Origin: Syncephalis fuscata S228
Lineage: Eukaryota > Fungi > Zoopagomycota
Length of the DNA stretch: 64,000 bases
NCBI GenBank assembly: GCA_025786725.1
Contig: JAHLTZ010000026.1
Span: 331,129 to 395,128, forward strand
Direction: 5' to 3'
In this document: positions 28,718 through 40,707 of the stretch, piece by piece
How positions within the stretch are numbered: position 1 is the first letter of the stretch
Layout of the letters: every line of letters starts with the position of its first letter
Position numbers and translations under genes: made by a program
Notes under the pieces: model-generated
Told to the model about the DNA's origin: nothing
Databases searched by the model: none
The model's input: only the letters and a program-made list of their open reading frames with translations

Positions 28718-29763
28718 ATAGACGCTAGCAAAAGTGCCATCTACCGGTGTGTCCCTCGGACGAGTATTCGAGGTGGCAGCATGCATCTTTTTTAATAATT
28801 GCCTATTACTCTTTGCGAATGTATATGCCGTTCTTTATTGAAGGCAGGGATCGTTTATAAGCGATCAGGTGTAAGGGCCGATACTTTTCCTTTTATTTTC
28901 CGCATTAAAGTCTGATGCAAACACATACACGCACACACCTACACAAGAGTGACACAATGTTTATAATAGAACAATACAAATGTTACTAATGAGCTATTAT
29001 TAATAATAACTAACTGCATGTTTACTTAATATTTATTATTATGGCTAGTTTATTGTACCAGTATTATATTGTTTAAGCAATTGTATGCTTAAGTGTTTCA
29101 ATAGCTATAACTTGCTGTTTATCGCTAACACTCGGCTGATGTTGTGTTGTAGGTTATGGTTTGATTGACTATAGCAATACTTGTACGTCAATATTGCCAC
29201 AAGGTAAATTGTTCACGCGTTTAATGCAATTGCAAGGCCTAATCATCGGTCACTGTGCCGTGCTGCACACTCACGGTAACACAAGCAACACATGATGGGC
29301 ACTTGAACACGTTATTGCAATAAAATGTAATATCAAATTACATTAAGTATATTTGTATATTTATTATTAAATAATACATACATAGATGTAATGCTTATAT
29401 TTTGTCAACAACTACTAATATATATATATAATAAATATTTCTTTAATTTATTAACAAACATGATACATTTGCCATGCATAAACAACCAACTTGTAACAAC
29501 ACATTTGTGGTCATTGATTCACATGTATCGTGCATTGTTTAATGTTAACTGAGAGCGATGTGAGAAACTATTCTAGTCATTATCTTTAATACCGCATGCT
29601 AATTTACCACATGAATTGCCTACTATGGATATTGTTATAATCATATACTGTTCATTGTCTTACGATAAATAGATAATATGCAAAAGTCTATTCCACCTTC
29701 TTTAATTCATTCTTCTAGTCGCCTCTCTGTACTCTTCTATCTTTCTATCAAAACGATACAACT

Positions 29764-30399
29764 ATGAAGTCCTTTGGTGCTGTCGTACTCGTCCTCGTAC
29801 TGAGCGTTTTATCCAATGTAGCTGTAGTGACCGCCAAACCCATACCGTTTTATAAAGGTATTTGCAATAATGCATAACTAAATACTAGATCATCTATAAT
29901 ATTTGCTATTTGTTCTAATACATTGATACTGGTAGATAGTAGGTTATAAGGCTTGGCCGTTGATGTAAATTAACAATTGTATCTTTCAATGGTTCTACTC
30001 GACATGTCAATATAATAGGTAATAAGCACGGATATTTCACAAGCTATTTAGTACTAACAATACACTATTTGACACTTTTAAATAACTATAACAGTCAGTA
30101 GGTTTTTAAACATTCAAATAAACGACAATTAAATAGTAGCAATAGCCTGTAGGTGATAGTATACGACATATCATTGGCAATACTAACCGTATACTATCTA
30201 CATGATTTGATAGCCCGTATATGGCGCTTTTGATTGATCAGCAAATGGACTGACCGATCAAGATTAGCCATTATCGTGCTTGCTGGACAAGCACATATAT
30301 AAGGTTAGTTGCAATTGTAACAATAACTACGACTCATACTGTATTACACTTACTAACACTGCGTTACTATATCAACATTATAATATATTAGGCCATTAG
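29764..30399 (+). CDS. Small secreted peptide gene with 3-nt micro-exons (family member B); 3' end uncertain
   Basis: 94-nt exon 29764-29857 (MKSFGAVVLVLVLSVLSNVAVVTA|KPIPFYK, phase 1). It is followed by YAG-NNN-GT units at 29936, 30095, 30146 and 30214, plus a non-canonical unit at 30019. TACTAAC branch points at 30052, 30181 and 30351. Confidence 0.7.
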
Positions 30400-30990
30400 T
30401 CTCAGCAAAATATTCAAATTATTAATTATATGTTTTCGTTTTATTGTTTTCTATATCAGTAAACACCGGTAAAATTGGATTTGTTTATTAAAGACTTATA
30501 AAAACTACAACTACTTTTGTTCTATTTAAAATGATTATGATGCATTAGCTATAAGTAATAATTGTAACACATTTATTCAAGTAACAAATAGGAAATAAGT
30601 AATCCATTCAAGTTATATTGTATAAATGTCAATTAGTTATTTATAATGTGTTTTTCTGATATTTGCCATATATTTACAATTTAGATGTACATTATTTTGT
30701 TCATCTTAGAAAGTCACTGGGTGCATTTAGAAATAATAAACAATATAAAATTGCAGTCAATTAACTTTATATATTATTTGATATTCTAACTCGCCTCTCA
30801 TTATAACTTTAAAATAAATAGATTAATAATATATTTAATAACACTAATTACTATTTATTCTTCCTTTCTTTAACTTTACAATGAATATAGCATTATAATA
30901 CTGTAATGGGATCCCTTCAAACTATAGTTTAATAGCAAATCATTCTAATTATATTTTAATAACTATGTTCATTACATCTGTGTTTCCATT

Positions 30991-31558
30991 CTATCCTGTC
31001 CATAAATAGCGACAATCCTTATTAACGCACACGTAGTAGAGGGTCATTTTAGTATCTGCTCGACGAGAACTCGATTGAAAGTATACTGCTTCGGTAGATC
31101 CACAAAGTGGGCACGCACTCGTGGTACGTGGCTATACTTCGTCAATCACCATTCTATATTCTTGCTATCACTCTATCAATAACTTACCAGTGACGGATCG
31201 CTACTTAGATCCATATGTGCCATATTGCCCTCACTATCATGGACGATGATATATCATTAATTAATAGTCACTTGCCCATTCACTATATAGCTTACGATGG
31301 TGTTTGCTGCACTACATGTTCGTACACTCGATAATTATCGGCATGTTCACGATAGTCACAGTTGCGACACGCGTACATAAGACGCCTATGCGCGCGATCC
31401 TCCCAGGGGTAAAGCATATTCGAGCTGCAATTAAATATAGATTAACAAATACATACCAAAGTTTAAAGTTAAATAGCTACTTGCCAGATCTTGCAATACT
31501 TGAAGGAAGGCCGTGCCGTCGACTGGGCCTCATTGCTTTGATTAAAAAAGTTATCCAT
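30991..31558 (-). CDS. RPB9: RNA polymerase II subunit 9; 4 exons
   Basis: FKYCKICSNMLYPWED, ACRNCDY, DPSLPRT..CPLCG.EAVYFQS and MTLYYVC; first intron is GC-AG (31425-31484). Confidence 0.93.
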
Positions 31559-31737
31559 GACAGCGGCAAATGCAGTGTCGTTAGATGGAATAAGATAGAT
31601 AGGTAAGAGTGTGCAAGTTATAACAACAACAACACTTTGAAGTTATAGCCTTTTCGTTGATTCTTTCTCTTTACAACTCTACACTCACCACACACGCACA
31701 CGTCCTTTTCGTATAGGATTCATTGGATTATCTATCA

Positions 31738-32199
31738 ATGCCGGTTCCATTTGAGGCTCTATTGCCACTTGGCATTATTACTGGACTGATGGCCGCGACT
31801 GGATTTGGTTTGCGGGCAATAAAAAGGTCTGCCAACGAAGGTCATGTAAGTAGATAATATGCGCGCATATAAATATACATATATATATATGCTAGCTAAC
31901 AAGATCTAATCATCTCTAAATTGATTCTCTGTTAACAATACTAATATATATATATATATATATATTGTATATATTCTAATAAACTTTAGAAACCACGCTA
32001 TCACTTGGATACTTGGGATCATAGCATGATGCGTCGTGATAATCGTTTGACGGGCACTTTCCGTGGTCAACAGGCAAGCAATATTGTTTATTTAAATATA
32101 TTAATATTAACAGGCTAAACACAATAGAGCGATGAAAAGGCGCCAAGTGATTTTGCTACCAGCAGTATTTGGTACGCAGAAAAAGTACCAATGATTTAA
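31738..32199 (+). CDS. NADH:ubiquinone oxidoreductase MWFE/NDUFA1 subunit; 3 coding exons
   Basis: MPVPFEALLPLGII and KPRYHLDTWDHSMMRRDNRLTG; second coding intron is GC-AG (32074-32127). Confidence 0.88.
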
Positions 32200-32273
32200 T
32201 TGAGTTTATTATGTTTGGCGATATATATATATTCATATAAATATATAACACGGCAATACATTTAATAATGTGA

Positions 32274-32765
32274 TTATTTTCTATGTTGTTCTACAGTAGT
32301 TGGGTGGTCGTGGACCAATTCATTAAATCGATGACCTTGAATACGTAGCCAGTGATCGGCCAATTTACCCGAGTAGAATAGTTTACTAATATTGTATTTG
32401 TATTCATAGTATTGATAGTTATTAGTAATGGATATACAGCTAGAGATTACTTTAGATTACCGTGATGCATAAAGTTCATTGATTGAACTACCTAGTGCTT
32501 CACTTTGCTGTATATTCTCCAGTGCATTCGATAGTTGATTTTTAAGATGCTCTTTTTGAGTACGATCATCTTGATGAATAACATCTATATTGATGATTTA
32601 TAAGCAAAGTACAAGCTATAATTGATAGAATGCTACTTACCAGCTAATAGACTAGCCATTGGGTGGCATACTTTATGTTCAGTTATCGAGTTGGGAATAG
32701 TAACCGGTTTTAACAAAGGCATTTGTTGGATGGTATTTGCTAGTGTAGTTATAGTTGATTAACCG

Positions 32766-32796
<31 letters not shown>

Positions 32797-35434
32797 TAGA
32801 TAATGAATAGCTTACTATGTAATTGAGTCGATTGTTCTAAATGGGAAACAATCTGTCGTTGTTCCTTGGTCATTGCTTGTTGCATAATTACTAAAGTGAT
32901 GATATTAGCAACAATTAAATATAATGAATGACAATTTACCTTTAGCACTTAAATCACCAAGATGAATGGGTAGCGAGTCAAATGTCTAATAAATATTAGT
33001 TTATGTATTCTTTAATTAATGGTGTATATACCTGATAGGTTTTGAAATGAGTAGCATTGTAGAGTTCAAGTATAGCAGGATCTGTTTTTATACGGTTATT
33101 TAATAGTGACCCACTTAATAGATTCTTGTTTGATCGACTATACAGCTAACCGTTAATACCAACACTAATGCTTAACTAAATGTATGAATACTAACTCTGA
33201 TGATATCGAGAGAACTTGGCCTCGAGTCACGTCAACATTATTAAATAGTGCACACTCCTGTGCTATACACGTTGTTAATTGCCGTTGATGGTTAGCAAGT
33301 ACTTTGGAAAGTGGTGCAGTTTGATTTGAATAAATATTATTCGTCTTTAATGCGTTCAATTTAATGAGTCGTCGATATTAATATTACTATCGACTAACCT
33401 GTAAGCTCAATTGAAGAATCTTTTCTCGAAGCGTAGCAGTAGCTTTTGTAATTGGCCTATCCATAGGCGACGTTGAATCTAATCATCAATACATTAGCTA
33501 TATTAATAGTTTATTACACTATTATTACTCTCTTACTAGTGTGTCATCTAGTGCATCTAATGCTTCATTCTCTAAATTATTTGTGTGTTCCCAAGTGATT
33601 ATCCACTGTAGAATGCTGATTTAAATATTTATCTTGTATAAATTATTCGCTTTCTCTAAACCACTAATATGTGCATTACATAAGCTATTTTTCTATTAAA
33701 GATATACATATACATATATGTATTAAATTCGTATTAATGATTGAATGAATTACTACATAATTGTTTGAGCTCGCATTTCATCCAGTTCACAATTTGATAT
33801 CGTGTCTTTTAAAGTCGATTCTGCTTGTAAGATATCATCTAATATTGTTTTACTTGTTGCCTGTAATTGTTTAATATCTATAAACAATTGAACGTGTGCT
33901 TGTAAACAATCCTAATTATAAATATATTAAATACATAATAGCATTAATACTATTAAATGAATACCTCAATTGTTGTTAACAGTGGTTTATATCCTTCTTG
34001 TTCCAATTCTTTTCTATAGTATAGCTAGTTAGCAAATAAATGGCTTGTATATCTTAAATGACTACCTCATAGTTTGAGCATCTTTATTAAAATCAACACT
34101 TGCTATCCTATCCTTTACTTGTTGACTAGACATTTTTAATGAAAGAGCTACCGCTTTAAGCAGGACTATTGGATTTGACGAGTTATATATCTCCTACATG
34201 TTAATAGCATATCAGTAGTAGAATGACACCGTATCCATCTACTTACATTGATCCTTGTTACCATTGTCTCTTGTTGTTTCTGTTCAATTGCTGTGTTTCT
34301 ATTAAAGTTTAGATATTTGATCTGTGTGCACTTAATACAATATACTTACGTAGTTAAATGTTGCTTAAATGTTGGTTTCACACTATCAACCATAAAAGAC
34401 AATTGTTTCTATATCGCGTGTGATTAAGTAGATCTATAGGCTATTCACAACTATTACCTGAGTCTGTACAATATCCATATCCGATACTCGATATGTAGTA
34501 TTTTCTCTACATTAACCAATTAGCATTTAATATTGCAGTTTACTAACAACTTACTGATTTGCCGATATTCGTGCCATTGCTTCCATTGTAGTACTATAAG
34601 TTTTCATTTCTTCAATTGTAGATTGAATACGTGCACGATAGCTACGTTTTAAATGAATTCTATGTTGTGCTTTTCTAATTCTCTCTTCCAACTCATTAAC
34701 CGTATTCTCTACCCATTACTGCCATTAGATTCGTGTATTCAACATGGCTATATATACATATATACCTTTCTCACTAATCTGCTTCACCAATAGTTGACAT
34801 TGTTGTTGTTGTATTTCAGTACACTGTACAATAGCTGTCATCCTATCATTTTGAGCTTTTCTTGTTTCCTCTAACCGTGTCCGTTCAGTAGATTGATTGG
34901 GTGGCAATTGGTGCTTTTCATAAGCACTAAATATTTATATATCATTAGACATTTGTATATTATCGTTATAATAGCTTACTATTGAATAGCCCGTCTTACT
35001 TTTGCTACATGTCTAATAATAAAAGTAATAATAATAAATTTAGTATATTAATTAAACTGAATTATTATTATTAATATATCATTGCTTACGTGCGAGCAAA
35101 TAAATGTTGTTTAAGATGTTGTAATATCGGTTGTATAGGCCCTCGGCAAATACTAAAATACGTTAGATATACGCTATTTATTACTTTTAGCCACCTACGT
35201 TTCAAGTGTCTGCGGCGTAAATTGTTTATTATCATCGATACCCTGCTTATGCTGTGTTTGTATTAGTGTTATGGTGGATCGATAACCCAGTTCTTGAGTT
35301 AACCACGTATATGTCTGTTCAGACAGTTGCTGTGGTGAGATAGCTGAACTTTCACTATTTCTTGCCTGTACAGGCGTTGTTCGGCGTGTGGCCGTTGTTT
35401 TTATCGTTCTGGTCGGTCGTTTAGACGATGCCAT
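32274..35434 (-). CDS. Augmin/HAUS complex subunit 5-like coiled-coil protein; many exons
   Basis: N-terminal TWLTQELGY...ICRGPIQPILQHLKQH...RHVAKVRRAI matches the HAUS5 N-terminal pattern; coiled-coil exons follow. Confidence 0.6.
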
Positions 35435-35696
35435 ATTACTGTAGCGTGTAAGAGTAATCGTGACCAATAATAAGAAAATACTTTTCTATCTACCAAGAAA
35501 GCGAAACGCTACTTTATTTCTCTCTTTCTCTCTCCCCTTTACTCTTTTCTCCAATATCATATTTCATTTATTATTTAGTAACGTGCATCTAGTGTGTAGT
35601 TATCATCATTTATCTATTGTCTTTGTTTCATCGCAGTCTCGTTCAAGTGTATAGTTTATTGTTATTAGGGTAGTCGGATTACTATAACGTCGACGA

Positions 35697-36485
35697 ATGG
35701 CGGCTTCATCAAATGGTGGTTTGGCTGGTCGAGGCGCCGATTCAAGAACACCATCGCCGCCACCACGACTGGTTAAAAGCGCCAAAAAGACTGGAAAGAG
35801 TCCGAGTCCATTTACTGGATTGGGCAAGGCTCAAGCATCTCGACTATCGCTTACGTCTGAAGAAATGGAAGATATTCGAGAGGCATTTGAGATTTTCGAT
35901 TCAGATAAAGATGGATTGTTGAATGAGGTCGAGTTACGTGTATGTGATCCTACACTAAATTGCCTATCTACCAACTGGTTACTAATGACGAGAATAGGCG
36001 GCATTTAGAGCATTGGGTCTACCGCTTCGTCCCTCAGAGTTTGTCCGCATACTGTCCAAGGCGGGTAGACGGTTTGAGAAATCACCGGAAAGCCTAATAG
36101 GCTATAAGGACTTTCAACATTATGGTAGGTCAATATAGGCAATTATATATATATATATATATATACGCATATCATTAACTTTAAAAGTATAGCTACACAT
36201 TTTATGCTTCGCAAGTCTTCAGAACATTTAGTCCAAGATGCTTATCGTCTATTTGATATGGATGGCAAGGGTGGCATTACTGTGGATGATCTACAACGAG
36301 TGGCGTTGGAACTTGGACAAGCAGTTGATGATGTGGAGTTACATCGTATGATTCAGGAATTCGATAAAGATGGTGACGGCAAAGGTAAATTTAAACAATT
36401 GGTTTAATGACATATTAGTAATTGTTGTTTATTAGTGACGGAAATGGAATTTATGCATATACTACAGCCTAGAACAAGTGAATAG
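35697..36485 (+). CDS. Centrin/caltractin-like EF-hand protein; 4 exons
   Basis: IREAFEIFDSDKDG and AYRLFDMDGKGGITVDDLQRVALELG...MIQEFDKDGDG. Confidence 0.85.
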
Positions 36486-37192
36486 TTATTAAGGCTTTGA
36501 TTTATTTTATTGTATAATATATATTGCAGTTTAATACAATAGTACTATATATATGATTATCATCAGTTGTTAACACTAAAAAGTGGACACTTAATTTGTT
36601 GATGTACAAGGTAGCGAGAAAATAATAGACCTTGATAAACTACTTGCTATTACACTAAATATACTGCTTGTGTGTTTATTGAAATTGATATCGCGGTGTT
36701 ATACCTTACAAAAGCTATTTTGTGGATAAACAATGATATATTGTATCGGAACTGGATAATAATAATAATAATTTGTATTTGTTTAGTTTATTAACAAGGC
36801 AGTGGAAGTATTGCTTGTATGTTACCAAAGATTTTCTGTTATAGGATCGTTATTCTGGATATAATATATTTTTTTAAAATATTAGCATTACATCGTAGCA
36901 TTTAATGCTGTCGCGCTATATTAGTAGACTAATAATAATACCAGTGGCTTATTTAGTATTATTACTACGAGTTTACATAGTTAAATAAACAACTGAATGC
37001 AGGCTTGTTGGTAATATAATAATGCATTGATTAAAAGCGGATAAATTGGAGTATTGGATGGAACTCGATATGAGAATGGACTAGAGATTGCCGTTAAGTG
37101 ATCTTGACTTTTGCTAAATTTAAATACTTAAAGTATATTAAACTAACAGTTCAGTCCTATCACCAATACAGATATCTTGGAAGCAACGCTTA

Positions 37193-38209
37193 TTCTGTGT
37201 TCATAAACATATACAATCATGCAGTATAATTAGCATATGAAATATAGATATATGATGTCACTTACAAGCTATTAATATTAGATTTTAATATAAGTATTAA
37301 ATATTATGTAATGGGCGTATTATTAACTAATATCTAATGTTACTTACGAGCTATCATTATGCTTAAATTGGTAATGCACGCAGTATAAATGATGGAATCA
37401 GCACATAACCAATTATATACGATATTACTTATGAGCTATTAGTGTTAAATTTTCAAAAACATATATGTATAAAGCCTGTTTAGTGAATAGTTAATTGATA
37501 CAATTATTACTTATGACCTATAAAGTACATAGAAGTAATTAATATGTAAATACTCTATATGCATTGTTACCTACGTCCTATTGATACAATTTATTAAACA
37601 CACACACAATGTATAATATGTAATTGGCATGTAGTTAATTGATATACGATAAAACTTACGAGCTATTCGTGTTGGTTATTAAAGATACAGTATATAATAT
37701 CTAATTAATACATCTTTAATCAAAACACAAAATTACTTACGGGCCATGAACGCTATTTTAGTTATACAAATAGTATTTAATTAGCTAAATAACTAATATT
37801 TTAGTTTTATTTTACCTCCTATTAATGGAAATTCAACATATTAGCACCATCAATACAATATTTTATTTATATTTAATGTTAAGCCTACCTTCATTTAATG
37901 GATTTGATTTATTTATTATACATTAACAAATAGCCATTAATCAACACATCAAAAACATATATTTTTATTACTTACCAACTAATATAATGCATTTAAAGCG
38001 CACAGTAAATGTTGGGATAACTATTTATAATTGCGACTTACTGGCTAATATTATGATTAGTTAGTTATAATCTAGTACGTATGCCAATATGCACATTTGT
38101 TATGATTATAACATACCATGACGGGCTAGAACTGGATTAGCATCCACCATGGCTGTACTGACTACAAGGGCTACGAGAATGTGCAGGTAACGGCAATAGA
38201 AAGCCTCAT
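37193..38209 (-). CDS. Small secreted peptide gene with a chain of ~11 micro-exons (family member A); 1-bp deletion in exon 1 as assembled
   Basis: Signal exon 38117-38209, then TAG-NNN-GTA units every ~60-90 nt. The spliced product ends in a TAA formed across the last junction. Confidence 0.75.
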
Positions 38210-38861
38210 GGTGTCTTGATTTGTTAAATCAAACAAGTAAAATGGCCGATATATTGTAGTAATGATGCTACTAGTTATTTGTGTATATTTTGTGGTCTAT
38301 TTAAATCTATAATTGTGCTGAGATGTCGGCAGAATGTTTTATGTCTAATATGCCATTGAAATATAACGTGAACCAATAAAACACGTATAAATAGTAACAT
38401 AAAGCTTGTGTATTAATATATTTTTGCTTTGCTTTATGTAGTCTAGTTCTTTGTTTTCTAAAATATTCAATAACAAGTGTTTTCATGTACTTAAACAAAG
38501 TAGGTTGTACTGAAAAACCTAATGCATTGTGTTTTTTGTGAATGCATATCATATGCGTAAACTATTTGTAGTTTATCAAGCCATAGGGTTATTCTAGACA
38601 GAAATCGTTATCATAAAATAAGTATAAAGCAAAATGCAGTGCACACAGGTATTATGTGTTTATATCATTTATTGGAAAGTAATCGTAGTATGCTATCATG
38701 GCTATTCAAACAAAAGCAAGAATATAATTATATAAAATTGAAGTCTTCTATAATATTAAATATAAAGCAATATAACTGTTGATATTTATAGCATAGCAAT
38801 GATCAGCTAATTGCCATTGCTACAATAGTATTAACGATAGCAATGGTTACCATTTAGCCGG

Positions 38862-40588
38862 TTAAATAATTCGTTGATTTTGTGACTGTTTACATTTGTC
38901 TTCACTTGCCCAATATTCCCGTACTTTATCCTTCTCTTTTTTCCGCTGATTCATATTTACTTGCTTAGAACTATAATTCTTTTATAATCGTTAATTATTG
39001 TTGATTAAAATTATTCTATTCTTACTTGTAAACTAAATATGTCCGACTGATTATTGGTTTGATTCGGTACATGCGGAACAAATATTCTTGGCGTTGACGC
39101 TAGCTTATCTAGCACTGACGTTGATGAAAGCTGTCCTTTCTTTTTAGATGACAATTTAGTAAAAAACTCTTCATTTGTTTTTTGACATAATTCTTTTGTT
39201 AAAGCTTTGTTTTGTTTTGACGAAAGTGCCTGTTTGCTTTTTTTCTTAAATAACAATTCAGTAAAAAACTCTTCATTTGTTTTTTGACATAATTTTTTGT
39301 TAGAGCTTTGTTTTGTTCTGGCGAGACCGCCTGTTTGCCTTTTCGTTCAACTTTGGTGTTTACGTTATCATCATCTAATATAACTGTAATAGATGTAGTT
39401 TTTCCCTTTGACTTATTTAAATATGAGTCCAGTTTTGATCTATGTTTGTATTTTCTTTGATAGATGCATTTGGCATTTCCAAGCAAGCTGTATCATTAGT
39501 GGATGTATTGGCACTATTATCAGTATCAGTAATACAAGTGTTTGTAGTGGTAGCATTATTAGTTGTCGTAGAAGTAACAATACTAGAGTGAGTATTGCCA
39601 TTTTCATTGCTGATGATTTTAGCCATAGCAACATCAGTGACAAGATCTGAAGTTGTACAAGTCGGTGTATTTTCACAATCGTTGGAGATAATTGTGTCTA
39701 CTTGACAACTGGCGCTAAAGATTCTGTAGTTATTTCTGTATTTAAATCCACAATCTTACTCCAATCAACCTTTTGCATCTTATTGGATAATGTTTCTACT
39801 GAATCGAGCACGTCATCTGAATGGCTTTTCATCTATTTAGCTGTCAGATACCATTATTACTATCGTTGTTACAGCTCGCTATTTACCTCGTCCGCAACTG
39901 CTTTGCACATATCTATCATAAAAAATAAATGACCTGGAACTAATTAAGTAGCATTGCTTACCTGGATGATTGCCATTAGCTTTTTTTCTAGCAGGTTGGC
40001 TCTTTTATGCTCCCATGTTATAGTAGCTATAAAAGTTTTTAGTATAGCTTCATGGAAAAATAGACGTTGTTCCTCTGGCCCATTAAGCAACGAGTATGCA
40101 TTGCGACAATCAAACTTCCAATCCAGAGTTTTGCCTCCAAACTTTCTAGAGACTTTTAAACTGATCTAAATGTATAATTGGATCAATATCTTGTCGATGA
40201 ATTATATACAGCACTAAACACTTGCTTTATCATCTAATTCTTTATTAGTAAATACCACGCCTTTCTCCATATTGAACATTTCAGCTAAAAAACACACTAG
40301 AATTTGTCGTTGATGAGTGTCACATGGCACCAAGTCATATTTGACATTCTAAATAACATTAATAAACCATTCACAACATGGATACTTTACAAATACCTTG
40401 GCACGATTTGTTAAATCTTCTTTTTCGAGAATATCGACCCAACAATCATATAAATTAGTTAACATAAAGAGATAGCCATCAGGTAGTATAATAAACTTAT
40501 AAAACAACCGTTGCTTTATACTAGGTTTTTGGGCTGGTAATGATGTCCATTCAACATCGTTCAATCTAGACAATAAATCTTTACGCAT
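38862..40588 (-). CDS. XLF/Cernunnos (Nej1)-like NHEJ factor with low-complexity C-terminus; apparent indels
   Basis: N-terminal VEWTSL...FYKF...YLFMLTNLYDCWVDILEKEDL..RAK and LDWKFDC fit the XLF head domain; a coiled coil follows. Confidence 0.55.
39155..39345. repeat. Two-copy ~102-bp tandem duplication inside the XLF-like tail
   Basis: AGTAAAAAACTCTTCATTTGTTTTTTGACATAATT recurs at 39158 and 39260 (KQA...QNKALTKELCQKTNEEFFT twice). Confidence 0.85.
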
Positions 40589-40707
40589 TTTAAATTCTTT
40601 TGCTTAATAACAATAAAATAGAAAAATGGCCGTTTATATCTGTTTTATTCTTTTGTTTTTATTGTTAAACAAAATAGGCAACGCGTTTATTTACGATTCC
40701 AAACACC

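Noticed and set aside
37260-38045. Periodic array as a CRISPR or satellite repeat
   Set aside because: The context is eukaryotic, and the only constant parts are splice-site consensus sequences, not a direct repeat.
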